A DNA stretch of 64,000 nucleotides, taken from contig JAVJQW010000006.1 in assembly GCA_040218735.1 (NCBI GenBank), forward strand, positions 149,408-213,407, read 5' to 3'. Under the pieces are notes generated by a model. That model worked only from the letters and a program-made list of their open reading frames with translations. It had not been told where the DNA came from and made no database searches. Positions 36,769 to 46,511 of this stretch are shown piece after piece. The first letter of the stretch is position 1. Every line of letters starts with the position of its first letter. The position numbers and the translations under genes are program-made. Origin of the DNA: Deltaproteobacteria bacterium. GTDB lineage: Bacteria > Myxococcota > Kuafuiibacteriia > Kuafuiibacteriales > Kuafuiibacteriaceae.

Positions 36769-37581
36769 TCATCGCGAGCGCACGATTCGGCCGATCACCG
36801 AACCGATCAAGACACGCCAGGACTCCTCGATCGCCGGCGAGAAGCGCGGGTCCAAACGACGCACCGATTCGACCAGCGCCTCGAGGTAGCGGTCGTGGAG
36901 CTGTTGCGTCACGGCCGCGGGGACGCGCTCGTAGCGCTCCGCCTGGCGCGTCAACGCGGCGAGGGCGTCGGGCTTGCCGTCGATCGCGTCGGCGGCGACC
37001 GAGAGCCAAAGTCCGAGCCGGTCGCGCTGTTGCTCCGGCGCGACGTTCGCGAAGTGCGCTCGGGCGGACGCCGAGCTCTCCATCAGGCGCCGATGAAACT
37101 CCGGAACGAGGTCATCGCCGCAACGTAGGAGGCTCGCGCGGAAGGCCTCGCGCGGACGATCGACCTTGAGGATCTTCGATAGCTCGTGTTCGCCGACGCG
37201 GCCCTTGGCGTCGTTCACGAGGCCGACCCGCGCCACGAGGCGCGCGATGTCGGTGAGCGTGACGATACCGACGACCTTGCCGTCCTCTTCGACGAACAGG
37301 CGGTGCAGCTTGCTGTCGGTCATCAGGCGCGCGGCGACGCGGACGGACACCGCGATGTCGACGGAGAAGACGAGCGGCGTCATCACCGCGGCGACGGTCA
37401 TCGCCTCGGACCGCATCATCAGGTCGCGGACCGAGACGACGCCGGTCAGCTCCCCGCTACGGTCCACTACGCCGAGCCCGCTCACGAGGTTCTCCTGCAA
37501 CGCCTTCGAGGCCTCTTCGAGGCTCGCGGACTCGAGCACCGTGACCAGGTTGCGCTGGACGATGTTCGCCAGCGTATGCAC
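36769..37581 (-). CDS. CBS-pair plus globin-like domain fusion protein
   Basis: Two CBS repeats (LTGVVSVRDL; VVGIVTLTDI), then a globin-like pattern (FHRRL...AHFAN...Q...EALVESVRRLDPRFSPAIEESW); GTG start inferred. Confidence 0.75.
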   Translation of the reverse strand: MHTLANIVQRNLVTVLESASLEEASKALQENLVSGLGVVDRSGELTGVVSVRDLMMRSEAMTVAAVMTPLVFSVDIAVSVRVAARLMTDSKLHRLFVEEDGKVVGIVTLTDIARLVARVGLVNDAKGRVGEHELSKILKVDRPREAFRASLLRCGDDLVPEFHRRLMESSASARAHFANVAPEQQRDRLGLWLSVAADAIDGKPDALAALTRQAERYERVPAAVTQQLHDRYLEALVESVRRLDPRFSPAIEESWRVLIGSVIGRIVRSR

Positions 37582-37613
37582 GCACCCTTGAATCGGCCGA
37601 ATCGGCCCCGGGT

Positions 37614-38324
37614 TTAGTCGGGTTTTCGCTCGAAGCCCCGGGCGATCCAGTACGACTTCTTGGGTTTCTTCTCGAGGTTCAGGGTCACGTGGTCCCCCTC
37701 CTGCGAGTACCACGCGCCGATGTTGAGCTGCGAAGGTCGGTCGTTCGGATCCACCACGCCGTTCTTCGACTTCACGCGCGGGATGACCGTGATGCGATCA
37801 CCCTTCTTGATGCCCTTCACACCCGCGGGCACCTTCGACACCACGACGCTCACCATCACCAGCGGGAAGCGCGAGCGCGTCACGCCGGTGACCTTCCCCT
37901 CCAGACGACCGCTCGGCTTGCCGAGCACGTCGGAGAAGTCGGCGAGCTTGGTCGCGCGGATCGAGGAGCCCGAGCCCTCCTCGTCGTCGCCGCCGCCTTG
38001 AAGATCGGTGAGGAGCTGGTCGACGTCGTCCATCGTCCGGTCGACCTCGACGCCCTCGAGCGCCGCGAGCAGCTTCGCCTCCGCGACGCCCGACACCAGC
38101 ACCTTGCCGCCCTTCGCCTTGGCCTTGGCGCCTTTGACGTTCTTGGCGATCGCCGCGGCGACCTCGTTGGCGTCGTAGCCGTCCGCGACGACCAGCACCA
38201 CCGACGAGCCGGCGGCGGACCAGGACTTCGCGACGCCCGGCTTGCCGCCGGCGTTCACGACCGGGTCGGCCAGAGCGACCGTCGAGACCAAGGACAACGA
38301 GACGGAGAGGAGGAGGGCGCGCAT
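37614..38324 (-). CDS. Secreted hypothetical protein (paralog B)
   Basis: Signal peptide ending VALA; full-length similarity to 38378-39091. Confidence 0.8.
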   Translation of the reverse strand: MRALLLSVSLSLVSTVALADPVVNAGGKPGVAKSWSAAGSSVVLVVADGYDANEVAAAIAKNVKGAKAKAKGGKVLVSGVAEAKLLAALEGVEVDRTMDDVDQLLTDLQGGGDDEEGSGSSIRATKLADFSDVLGKPSGRLEGKVTGVTRSRFPLVMVSVVVSKVPAGVKGIKKGDRITVIPRVKSKNGVVDPNDRPSQLNIGAWYSQEGDHVTLNLEKKPKKSYWIARGFERKPD

Positions 38325-38377
38325 CGGTACTTCCAAACTAACACCCGCGGCCGCGCGCCGCAGGGACGTGACGGCGA

Positions 38378-39091
38378 TCAGCGGCTGATGAGCTCGGCCT
38401 CGAAGCCGTTGCCCGTGGCCTTGCCGATCTTCACCTGAACCCGGTCCCCCTTCTCGAGGTACCAGGCGCCGAGGTTCGTGAGGGTGTCCTCGTCGGACAG
38501 GTCCGGCGCGCCGCCCTTCATCTTCAGCTTGGGCGTGAACGTCACCGTCTTGCCCTTGCGGACGTTCTTGCCGAGCGCCCCGATCGGTCCGCGCAGCACA
38601 CGGACCATCACCTGCACGTTCGGGAACTTGCCGTTCTTCACCGCCTCGACCTTGCCCATCGCCACGGTCTTGCGGTCGCGGAAGGCCTTGTCCTGCTTCG
38701 CGGTCTTCTTCGCGCGCAGCGACGAGCCGGAGTCGGAGTCGTCGTCGCTCATCGCCGCCGCGGCGAGCTCGCCGAGGTCGTCGCCGCCGCCGCCGAGCTC
38801 CACCTCGGACAGCGCCTTGAGCAGCTCGTCCTGCGTCTTACCGATCACCAGGACCTTGCCGCCCGAGACCTTCGCCTTTACGCGGTCCACGTTCGACTGA
38901 ATCGCCGACGCGACCTCGGAGGCGTCCGCGCCGTCCTTCACCGTCAGCGTGATCTTCTTCCCGGAGCCGCTCCACGCGGTGACCACGCCCGGGCTGGCCT
39001 TGCCGCCCGACATCGTGATCAACGGCTCGGCCAACGCCATCGACGTGCCGAGCGTGAGAGCCAACGTGAGCGCGAGTGTCGCCTTCTTCAT
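38378..39091 (-). CDS. Secreted hypothetical protein (paralog A)
   Basis: Signal peptide ending MALA; shares GGKVLVxG, GSSxRAxK and NxGAWY with its neighbour. Confidence 0.8.
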   Translation of the reverse strand: MKKATLALTLALTLGTSMALAEPLITMSGGKASPGVVTAWSGSGKKITLTVKDGADASEVASAIQSNVDRVKAKVSGGKVLVIGKTQDELLKALSEVELGGGGDDLGELAAAAMSDDDSDSGSSLRAKKTAKQDKAFRDRKTVAMGKVEAVKNGKFPNVQVMVRVLRGPIGALGKNVRKGKTVTFTPKLKMKGGAPDLSDEDTLTNLGAWYLEKGDRVQVKIGKATGNGFEAELISR

Positions 39092-39106
39092 CCCTGATCC
39101 CGTTTC

Positions 39107-39640
39107 CTATTTTCTGGCACCGCGCAAGATCGAGAAGCGCAGTGGTTTGAACGAAGCCCCTTCGCCGGAGCCCACCATCCAGATGCGAGCTCCGACGTGC
39201 CGATTCATCTTCTTGCCCCAACCCTCGGGCAACAGGTCCGCGCGGCCGTCGTCGTCGACGAACAGCAGGCGCTTCGTCCCGCCCATGTCCACCGACGCGA
39301 TGACCCCCGTCCGCGGCACGACGCCCTTGCCGACGTCCACGATCTGGTACCGCTGCACCAACACGTGACGTCCGCGCGGGAGCCGCGGGTCGTTCAGCAG
39401 ACCGAACGCGTCGATCTTCACCCCCGCCAACCGCGTGAGCTCCTCGCCGGTCTCGGAGTCGATGCCGTGCATCGTGTACTCCTCGCCGTCGTCCGCGACG
39501 AGGACCGCGCGGGACTTGCCGAGCTTGCCGCCGCTGACCTCGCGCACCTCGCCGCGCATCTGCACGGTCTTGGGGCGGGGCACCGCGGAGGCCGGGTGTC
39601 CGCTGAGCGCGGAGAGGAGGACGAGGGTCGTGAGCGCCAT
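39107..39640 (-). CDS. Secreted beta-rich hypothetical protein (possibly two OB-like domains)
   Basis: Signal peptide; two similar halves (VLVADDG / LFVDDDG). Confidence 0.7.
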   Translation of the reverse strand: MALTTLVLLSALSGHPASAVPRPKTVQMRGEVREVSGGKLGKSRAVLVADDGEEYTMHGIDSETGEELTRLAGVKIDAFGLLNDPRLPRGRHVLVQRYQIVDVGKGVVPRTGVIASVDMGGTKRLLFVDDDGRADLLPEGWGKKMNRHVGARIWMVGSGEGASFKPLRFSILRGARK

Positions 39641-39667
39641 GGGTTGCCTTTCGTTTCCTGTCGGACG

Positions 39668-41416
39668 TCAGCGGGTGGCCGGGATGGCGAGGATGCCCAT
39701 CTCGTAGTCTTCCGCCGGACCGCCCATCGCGGCCGTCACGACGCCCGAGGCGACGTTGATCGTCCGGATCTCCCCGCCGTTCGAGGGAATCGGAGTCTCC
39801 TCCGTCTCAAACGTGGAGGTGATGGGTCCATTGAATGGAATCGTTCCGCTGGACGCGGAGATCGAAGTGCGGAGATCGAGCCCACGCTGGAAGCCGGTGT
39901 ACGCGTCCGTCTCGGGAGCCGCGAACGACGCCATCGTGTTGCAGCTGACGTCCTGGTAGCCGGCGCCGTCGATCGCCACCGCGACGTAGAAGTCACGCAG
40001 CCACGCGTCGAGGCTCCGCCCCGTCTTGGCGGCGGTGATCGTCTCCACGCTGGTGTCCGGCGACTGCACGATGCCGTTGATGAGCGCGATGCCGCCGTTG
40101 TCCGTGACGTCCGCCGGTCCGCTTCCGTAGGTCGCGCCGCCGCGCTGCTCGTAGAGGAAACGCAGGAAGAGGTGCGCCATGCCGCGCCGCTCGATCGAGT
40201 CCGCCTCGAACTCCGACGTGTACACCAGCCCGAAGCCGGTGAGTGAGGTCGTGCCGATCTCGTTCATGTACGTCGACACGTTGCGGAACGAGTCCGCGCC
40301 GTAGCCTGCGACGTCCTCGGCGAACGTCGCGAGACCCTCGTCGAGCCACGCGGCCTCCGGCGAGGACTGCCGGTTGATGACCTTCGCGTAGTAGCTGATG
40401 AGGTGCTCGTACTCGTGCGCGATGGTGCCGCTGATCGAGTCGAGGTCGATCGCGCCGCCCGGAGGCTGCAGGTAGAGCAGGTCCGCGCCGTTGCTGGCGT
40501 CGTTCACCGCCGGGTCCTCGAGGTCGGTCGCCTGGAAGAACCCGACGATGTCCGCGTTGAAGTCCGCGATGCGCGAGGTGATGAAGAGGATCACGACGCC
40601 GTTGTCGTCGAAGTCCTTGCCGGTCGCGTCGCGCGGCTCGCCGAAGAACTGGTGGTCGATCGGTGCGATGCGCTCCTCGAACCGCTTCGAGAGGGTCTCG
40701 ATGTCCGCGTCGCTGACCGTGATCGCGTCGTCGGTGACGATCGCGCCGAACGCGCCGACCTTGCGCACCGTCGCGTCGACCAGCTCGAACTGCGTCGGGT
40801 TGTTCTGGTCGCGCCACTTGATCTGGAGCATCGACTGACAGAGCCGCTGCTGACCGTCGTCCACACACACGGAGTCACCCGCGCAGTACGGCGCCGTCGC
40901 CGCGCACTCCGTGTCCTGCCGGATCGCGTTCGGCGGGAGGATGTCCCGCCCGCGGATGCCGGTGGCGACCTCGCCGCGCGCCGGCACCGCGCCCTTCGCG
41001 TTCTCGCGGACGGTCTTCTCGGCGTTCAGCGCGCTCAGCCGCGCCGGGTCGACCGGCGCCTTGGGGCGGTCGTAGACGCGCGCCTTTTGGCCGCCGAGGC
41101 CCCCCGCCGTGCCCTTGGTGAAGGCGATGTTGGGGTTGTCGTTCTCGAACAGCACCGAGGAGACGTAGGACACCACGATCCAGTCGTTCGCCGTGTCGGC
41201 GGACAGCTCGACCGTGCCCACGGCCTTGGTCCCGGTGGTGGTGTTACACGCGGCGTCGGTGCAGGTCGCCTGCACGATCGGGAGCTGCGCGGGGCAGTTC
41301 GGGTTCGTCCCGCCGTCGGTGTCCCCGTCGTCGTCGCCGAGGGTGCCGCCCTCACAGGCGGTCAGGGCGACGAAGGGGAGGGTGAGGAGGAGGCGGCGCG
41401 GTCGAAAAAGGGACAT
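39668..41416 (-). CDS. Zinc metallopeptidase lipoprotein (M30/hyicolysin-like gluzincin)
   Basis: LTAC lipobox; TIAHEYEH followed by WLDEGLA; start ATG 41416. Confidence 0.8.
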   Translation of the reverse strand: MSLFRPRRLLLTLPFVALTACEGGTLGDDDGDTDGGTNPNCPAQLPIVQATCTDAACNTTTGTKAVGTVELSADTANDWIVVSYVSSVLFENDNPNIAFTKGTAGGLGGQKARVYDRPKAPVDPARLSALNAEKTVRENAKGAVPARGEVATGIRGRDILPPNAIRQDTECAATAPYCAGDSVCVDDGQQRLCQSMLQIKWRDQNNPTQFELVDATVRKVGAFGAIVTDDAITVSDADIETLSKRFEERIAPIDHQFFGEPRDATGKDFDDNGVVILFITSRIADFNADIVGFFQATDLEDPAVNDASNGADLLYLQPPGGAIDLDSISGTIAHEYEHLISYYAKVINRQSSPEAAWLDEGLATFAEDVAGYGADSFRNVSTYMNEIGTTSLTGFGLVYTSEFEADSIERRGMAHLFLRFLYEQRGGATYGSGPADVTDNGGIALINGIVQSPDTSVETITAAKTGRSLDAWLRDFYVAVAIDGAGYQDVSCNTMASFAAPETDAYTGFQRGLDLRTSISASSGTIPFNGPITSTFETEETPIPSNGGEIRTINVASGVVTAAMGGPAEDYEMGILAIPATR

Positions 41417-41554
41417 GAACAAACCTCTCGTTCTCGGCCTTGGACGGACCAGGCCGGCTGACATTCACACGCGACCGATGAGCCGTCAACGCGACCCATC
41501 GCGCGATTCGCGGCCAAATCCGACGACCTCTGATAGGCTCGATGGCCTCCACGA

Positions 41555-44500
41555 ATGCCGATGGACGGAGCCATCGCGCCGGTCCCGGATCCGTCGCCGA
41601 AGAAGAAGAAGAAGCGCTCCGTGAAGAAGCGCGTCGCGCTGTGGACGCTCGTCCTTCCTTGGATCGTCCTCGCGCTGCTGATCGCTCTCATCTTCGCGTT
41701 GCCGTTCATCGTCTCGCCGGAGCGCCTCCGGAAACAGGTCGTGACTGCGCTCACCGACACGCTCGGCGTGCCGGTCCGCATCGGCCACCTCGACTACCAC
41801 CCGACCACCGGCTTCGAAGCCTTCGACGTCGTCGTCGGCCCTCCGCCCGGCTTCGACCGCGACGTCTTCACGGCGCACCGTATCGCGGCGCGCTACAGCC
41901 TCACGGACATCGCGTCGCAGCACCTCGTCGTGAAGGAGCTCGCCGTCGAAGATCCGCACTTCGTCATCGAGACCAAGGACGGCCAGCGCAACGTCGATGC
42001 GATCCTCGCGCACCTGAACGCCGGCGCGACGCCCGAGGCGCCGAAGGACGACGAACCTTCGGCGCCGCTGTCCGGGCGCCTCTCGCCGATCGACGTCGAC
42101 GTGAAGAAGCTCGTCGTCGGCCCGCTCGAAGTGGAGCTCGTCGGCGAAGGCCCGACGGCTCACCTGAAGGGCGTCGCGCTCACGGGGTCGGCGCGCATCG
42201 ACGACAACATCGTCGCGGACCTCCAGCTCGCGGCCGACGCGAAGGGCGCGCCCAACGTCGAAGCGCACGTGCCCGGCCCGCCCGCGGTCGACGTCGCGAC
42301 CCAGCTCGACGCGACCGTCGGCCTTCGCGTCGAAGCGGGCGCCGCCGACGGGTTGTCACTCCGCCTCGTGAAGGTCGACGGCAAGCTCGACACGAACAAC
42401 GACGTGACCTTCGGCGACAAGGGCCGCCTCGAGCCCGCCGCGATCCGCGCCGCGCTGGGGCTCGACGTCGATGCGAAGTCTGACCGCATTCGACTCACCT
42501 CCACGCTCGGTTACGAAGCGCACTCCCTCCTCGACGCCGAGGTTCGGGTCGACGGTCTCACGCAGACGTTGGTGCAGCTCCTCGGTGACGTCCCGGGGCG
42601 CGCGCTCGCGGGCGGCACACTCGGGCTCCCGGCCGGTGGCCCCGCGAAGATGACGGCCACGGTCGAGCGCGTGCACGTCCCGCTCACCGCGCTCGCGCCG
42701 TACATCCGGGTGTTCGCGCCGGACATCTCGGCGGAGGGCGCCGTGGATCTGGACGCCTACGCCGCCGGCACCCCGGCCGAGCTCGTGGCGGGCGCGCCGC
42801 CGACTCTGGAGGTCACGGTGCACTTCGGCGACGTCGCGGGCGCGCACGCACCCTCGCAGTCTGCGGCGGCGGGTCTGAAGGGGAGTGTGAAGCTGGAGCG
42901 CGCGGACCCGGGCTTCGTGGTGGGCGGCGCGCTGGAGCTAGCGCGGGTGCGGCAGGCGAACAACCTCGTCGGCGCCACGAACGTCGAGCTCGCGGCGGCG
43001 ATGGAGCGCCTCGCCTACCCGGACCTCGGCGCGCTCACGGCGACCGTCGGGCTGGCGGCGCGCGACATCGACGCGGCGGGGACCCGAATCGATCGCGCTT
43101 CGGCGACGGCGGCGATCCGCGGGCAGGACGTGTTCGGTGCGGACCGCGCCGTCGATCCTCCGGTCGACGTCCGGCTCTCCGCCGAAACTGCGAACGTGCG
43201 TGTCCCGGGCGCGGGCGGTGCGATGCGGATCGGCGGGACGTCCGTGTCGCTCTCCGCGGCGCTCGATCGGGTGCTCGAACCCGCCCGCGAGCCCATTCGC
43301 TACGCGACGACCACGAAGGTTCGGCGTGTCGCGCTGCCCGATGGCACCGAGGTCGCGGGGACACGCCTGACACTCGCCGGCACGACCGACGATCCGCGGC
43401 ACGGCCGCCCGTTCGACGTCGCGGCGAAGGCGCGCCTCGTCGTCGCGTCGGTCGCGACCGCCGCGCAGCAGGTCGAGGGGGTCGACGCGAAGATGAGCCT
43501 CTCGGCGCGCAAGATCGCGAGCTACCGACCGAAGAAGTTCATCGGCGCGCCGCCCGCGATGCTCCCGGCGACGGTGGTGATGCAGCTCGAGACAAACGTC
43601 GATCGCGTCGCGGGCGAGGATCCGTCGGTCGGTGCCTTCGAAGCCGCGGCTTCGTTCGACACGAAGCTGTCCATGAACGTGCTTCGGGGCGACGTGAAGA
43701 TCGATCGCCTGAGCGTCGGCTGGCCCGGCGTGCTCGCGATGTCGGGCTCCGGCACCGCAAACGACGTCTACGATCCTCGCCCGACCGTCGACCTGAAGCT
43801 CGCGGTCCCGCCGGTGGATCTCGCGAACGCGCTCGCGCGCATCCCGCCGAAGGCGCTCGCTTCGACGCCCGGCCTGAAGGCGAGCGGACGTGTCGCGATG
43901 AAGGTCGACGTCGAGGGGCGTGTCCCGGCCGCCGTCGAGAAGCTGGATCTGCTCCGGCCGCCGATGAACGTGTCCGCGTCGTTCGACCTGACGGAGGTCG
44001 CCGTCGCGAGCCCGAGTCAGGGGCTCGACCTCGAAGGTCTCGACGGACACTTCGGCGCGACGCTCGGGCGAGGCCGCGCCGACACGGAGCTCGACGTCTC
44101 GCTGCGCAGAGTGACGAGCGGGAAGGGGGAGGTCACCGATCAGGTGGAGGCCCTGACGCTCCGCGGGACCGCCGGCTATGTGAACGGCGCGTGGGCCGCG
44201 CGCGCCGACGGCGCCGCCGCGTCGGTGTCGCTGGGGAGCCGGAAGACGGGGGACCTCGGCGCGGCGAAGTTCATCCTCGACGCGCGGCACCCGTTGAACG
44301 GCGGCGTCGAGCTCAACGCGTTGTCGCTCGCGTTGGAGAAGAGCAACCTCGGCTTCTCCGCGACGGGGCGTCTCACCAAGGAGACGTACGGCGTGCTCGA
44401 GCCGCGGTTGAACGTGGTCGCCGACATCGACCTCGCGACCGCGCGGACGTTCACGCCGCAGCTCACCGGCGTCGATGGTCGGGTAAAGGCGCGGTTCTCG

Positions 44501-45604
44501 GTTACGCCGAAGGGGAAGGGTGTCGTGGATCTCGACGGCGCGCTCGAGCTCGACGACGTCGACTACGCGACGCCGACCCTCGCGATTCAAGGTGCGTCGG
44601 GGCGGGTGCCGTTCAACCAGCGGCTGATCCTCCCGCGGCCTCGGCTCGACGAGCGCCTGGTGCAGGCGCGCGGGATGCTCGGCGACGACATCGAGGTTCG
44701 GCTCGACGAGCTGAACGCCCGCTTCGCCCGCGCGCGCATGACCCTCGACGCGGAGGACATCCTCGTGGCGGCGCCGCGCACCGCGGACCACCAGGCGCTG
44801 CGGCCCTACCGAACCGAGCGCGGACCTTCGCTGGGCATCGAGTCGATCCAGACCGGCAACACCAAGCTGGAGGACGTGCTGGTCGAAGCGTCGTACGGCG
44901 AGGGGCTGTTCCGGCTCGACCGCCTGGAGGCGCGGCTGTGGGAGGGCGACGTGAGCAGTGACCTCGCGCTCCAGCTCACGCCGGACCTCGACATCCTGAT
45001 GCGCATGCGCGGGACCGTCACGAACCTCAACCTCGATCAGCCCTACGCGATGGCGAAGGGGATCGAAGCCGTCGCGGATCCGGACGAGAAGGAGCGCTAC
45101 AAGGCGTCGGCGACGTTCGATCTGGAGCTCGGCGTGCGCGACCGCGTCGTGAACGGGAACATGGACGTGTTCCGCATCAGCCGCCCGCTGGTCGAGCGCC
45201 TGTTCGGCGCGCTCGACCCGAGCGGCGAGAGCTCGGCCGTCCAGGCGATCACGATCTCCGAATCGGTGGGGCTGCGGCCGGTCGGCGCGAAGGTCTGGAT
45301 CGCGCACAACCTCCTGAACGCGCAGTTCGAGTTCAAGCGGCTCTGGATCCACGCGCACTACGACAGCGCGTCCCCCGCGGATCTCTTCCTCGGCACCGTG
45401 TTGATCTTCCTCCGCCCCGTGCTGATCCCCACGGTCGGGGGCCTCTGGGTCGTCCCGCAGATCAACGGCGTCGTGCGCCGCATCTCGCTGTCCAACGTGA
45501 TCGACCCGTACCTGGAGCAGATGGCGCTGGACCGGAAGCTCGCGGTGCTCCGGCCGTACGTCGCGACGACGGCGGGGGCCTCCGCGCGCGCGACGATCGA
45601 GTGA
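41555..45604 (+). CDS. Large AsmA/TamB-like membrane-anchored beta-rich envelope protein
   Basis: Basic patch, N-terminal TM, AsmA-type start (ERLRKQV...LGVPVRIG), then about 1300 aa of amphipathic beta strands. Confidence 0.7.
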   Translation: MPMDGAIAPVPDPSPKKKKKRSVKKRVALWTLVLPWIVLALLIALIFALPFIVSPERLRKQVVTALTDTLGVPVRIGHLDYHPTTGFEAFDVVVGPPPGFDRDVFTAHRIAARYSLTDIASQHLVVKELAVEDPHFVIETKDGQRNVDAILAHLNAGATPEAPKDDEPSAPLSGRLSPIDVDVKKLVVGPLEVELVGEGPTAHLKGVALTGSARIDDNIVADLQLAADAKGAPNVEAHVPGPPAVDVATQLDATVGLRVEAGAADGLSLRLVKVDGKLDTNNDVTFGDKGRLEPAAIRAALGLDVDAKSDRIRLTSTLGYEAHSLLDAEVRVDGLTQTLVQLLGDVPGRALAGGTLGLPAGGPAKMTATVERVHVPLTALAPYIRVFAPDISAEGAVDLDAYAAGTPAELVAGAPPTLEVTVHFGDVAGAHAPSQSAAAGLKGSVKLERADPGFVVGGALELARVRQANNLVGATNVELAAAMERLAYPDLGALTATVGLAARDIDAAGTRIDRASATAAIRGQDVFGADRAVDPPVDVRLSAETANVRVPGAGGAMRIGGTSVSLSAALDRVLEPAREPIRYATTTKVRRVALPDGTEVAGTRLTLAGTTDDPRHGRPFDVAAKARLVVASVATAAQQVEGVDAKMSLSARKIASYRPKKFIGAPPAMLPATVVMQLETNVDRVAGEDPSVGAFEAAASFDTKLSMNVLRGDVKIDRLSVGWPGVLAMSGSGTANDVYDPRPTVDLKLAVPPVDLANALARIPPKALASTPGLKASGRVAMKVDVEGRVPAAVEKLDLLRPPMNVSASFDLTEVAVASPSQGLDLEGLDGHFGATLGRGRADTELDVSLRRVTSGKGEVTDQVEALTLRGTAGYVNGAWAARADGAAASVSLGSRKTGDLGAAKFILDARHPLNGGVELNALSLALEKSNLGFSATGRLTKETYGVLEPRLNVVADIDLATARTFTPQLTGVDGRVKARFSVTPKGKGVVDLDGALELDDVDYATPTLAIQGASGRVPFNQRLILPRPRLDERLVQARGMLGDDIEVRLDELNARFARARMTLDAEDILVAAPRTADHQALRPYRTERGPSLGIESIQTGNTKLEDVLVEASYGEGLFRLDRLEARLWEGDVSSDLALQLTPDLDILMRMRGTVTNLNLDQPYAMAKGIEAVADPDEKERYKASATFDLELGVRDRVVNGNMDVFRISRPLVERLFGALDPSGESSAVQAITISESVGLRPVGAKVWIAHNLLNAQFEFKRLWIHAHYDSASPADLFLGTVLIFLRPVLIPTVGGLWVVPQINGVVRRISLSNVIDPYLEQMALDRKLAVLRPYVATTAGASARATIE

Positions 45605-45664
45605 ATGCGCCAAGTCCCGGGATGACAAACGGGTCTGGCGTGTTTCATCCTCCGGGGCGTCCAC

Positions 45665-46498
45665 GTGTATCCGGTCCTGTTCCACATCGGCGATATCCCG
45701 ATCGACAGCTACGCCACGATGATGACCCTTGGGTTCGTCGCTGCGCTGGCCACGATCTTCTACGTCACGCCAAAGGGCGGTGACGCGCCGAACACCGGCG
45801 GCCTCGACCGCCCCCAGGTCTGGGACCTCTTCATCGTCATGGTCGTCAGCTCGATCATCGGGTCCAAGTTCGGGCACGTGCTGTTCGAGGCGCCCGGCCA
45901 CAAGACGGAGACCGGCGAGACCATCAACTCGCTGTGGGAGCTGCTGAAGGACGACCCCATCCACTGGGCGCGCCTCGGCGAAGCCGGTTACGTCTGGTAC
46001 GGCGGCATGATCGGCGCGCTGCTCGTCGCGGTGTACTACTTCCGGAAGCGCCCGCACCTGAAGGCTTGGCTCTACGCCGACGCCTTCGCGCCCGCGATCA
46101 TGTTGGGCGCGTGTGTGGGGCGGCTCGGCTGTTTCCTCGCGGGGTGCTGCTACGGGCAGCCGACGGACGGTCCGCTCGGCGTCCAGTTCCCGCGCCTCCC
46201 CGGTCCGGTGATCCCGACGCAGCTGTTCGACGCGGGCATCGCGCTCGTCCTCGGGCTCGGGCTGTTGTGGCGCTTCGGCCGGCGGCGCTTCGACGGTGAG
46301 AACATCGCGCTGCTCTTGATCACGTACCCGGTGCTGCGCGCGACGACGGAGATCTTCCGCGGCGACGCGGACCGCGGGGTGTACGGCGCCATCTCGACGT
46401 CGCAGCTGCTGTCCATCCCGCTGCTGGCGATCGGTCTGTGGCTGTACTTCCATCTGAAGGGCCGACCGGACTCGCGTTTGGCGGAGCAAACCTCATAG
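45665..46498 (+). CDS. lgt: Prolipoprotein diacylglyceryl transferase
   Basis: YPVLF start, WYGG, GRLGCFLAGCCYG, PTQL, EIFRGD. Confidence 0.9.
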   Translation: MYPVLFHIGDIPIDSYATMMTLGFVAALATIFYVTPKGGDAPNTGGLDRPQVWDLFIVMVVSSIIGSKFGHVLFEAPGHKTETGETINSLWELLKDDPIHWARLGEAGYVWYGGMIGALLVAVYYFRKRPHLKAWLYADAFAPAIMLGACVGRLGCFLAGCCYGQPTDGPLGVQFPRLPGPVIPTQLFDAGIALVLGLGLLWRFGRRRFDGENIALLLITYPVLRATTEIFRGDADRGVYGAISTSQLLSIPLLAIGLWLYFHLKGRPDSRLAEQTS

Positions 46499-46511
46499 AC
46501 TGGGGGCGCTG

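Noticed and set aside
42938-46489. 1183-aa minus-strand ORF, and similar shadows at 24809-27070, 30864-32585 and 59479-61209
   Set aside because: Antisense to better-supported genes; Arg/Gly/Val-rich composition typical of shadow frames
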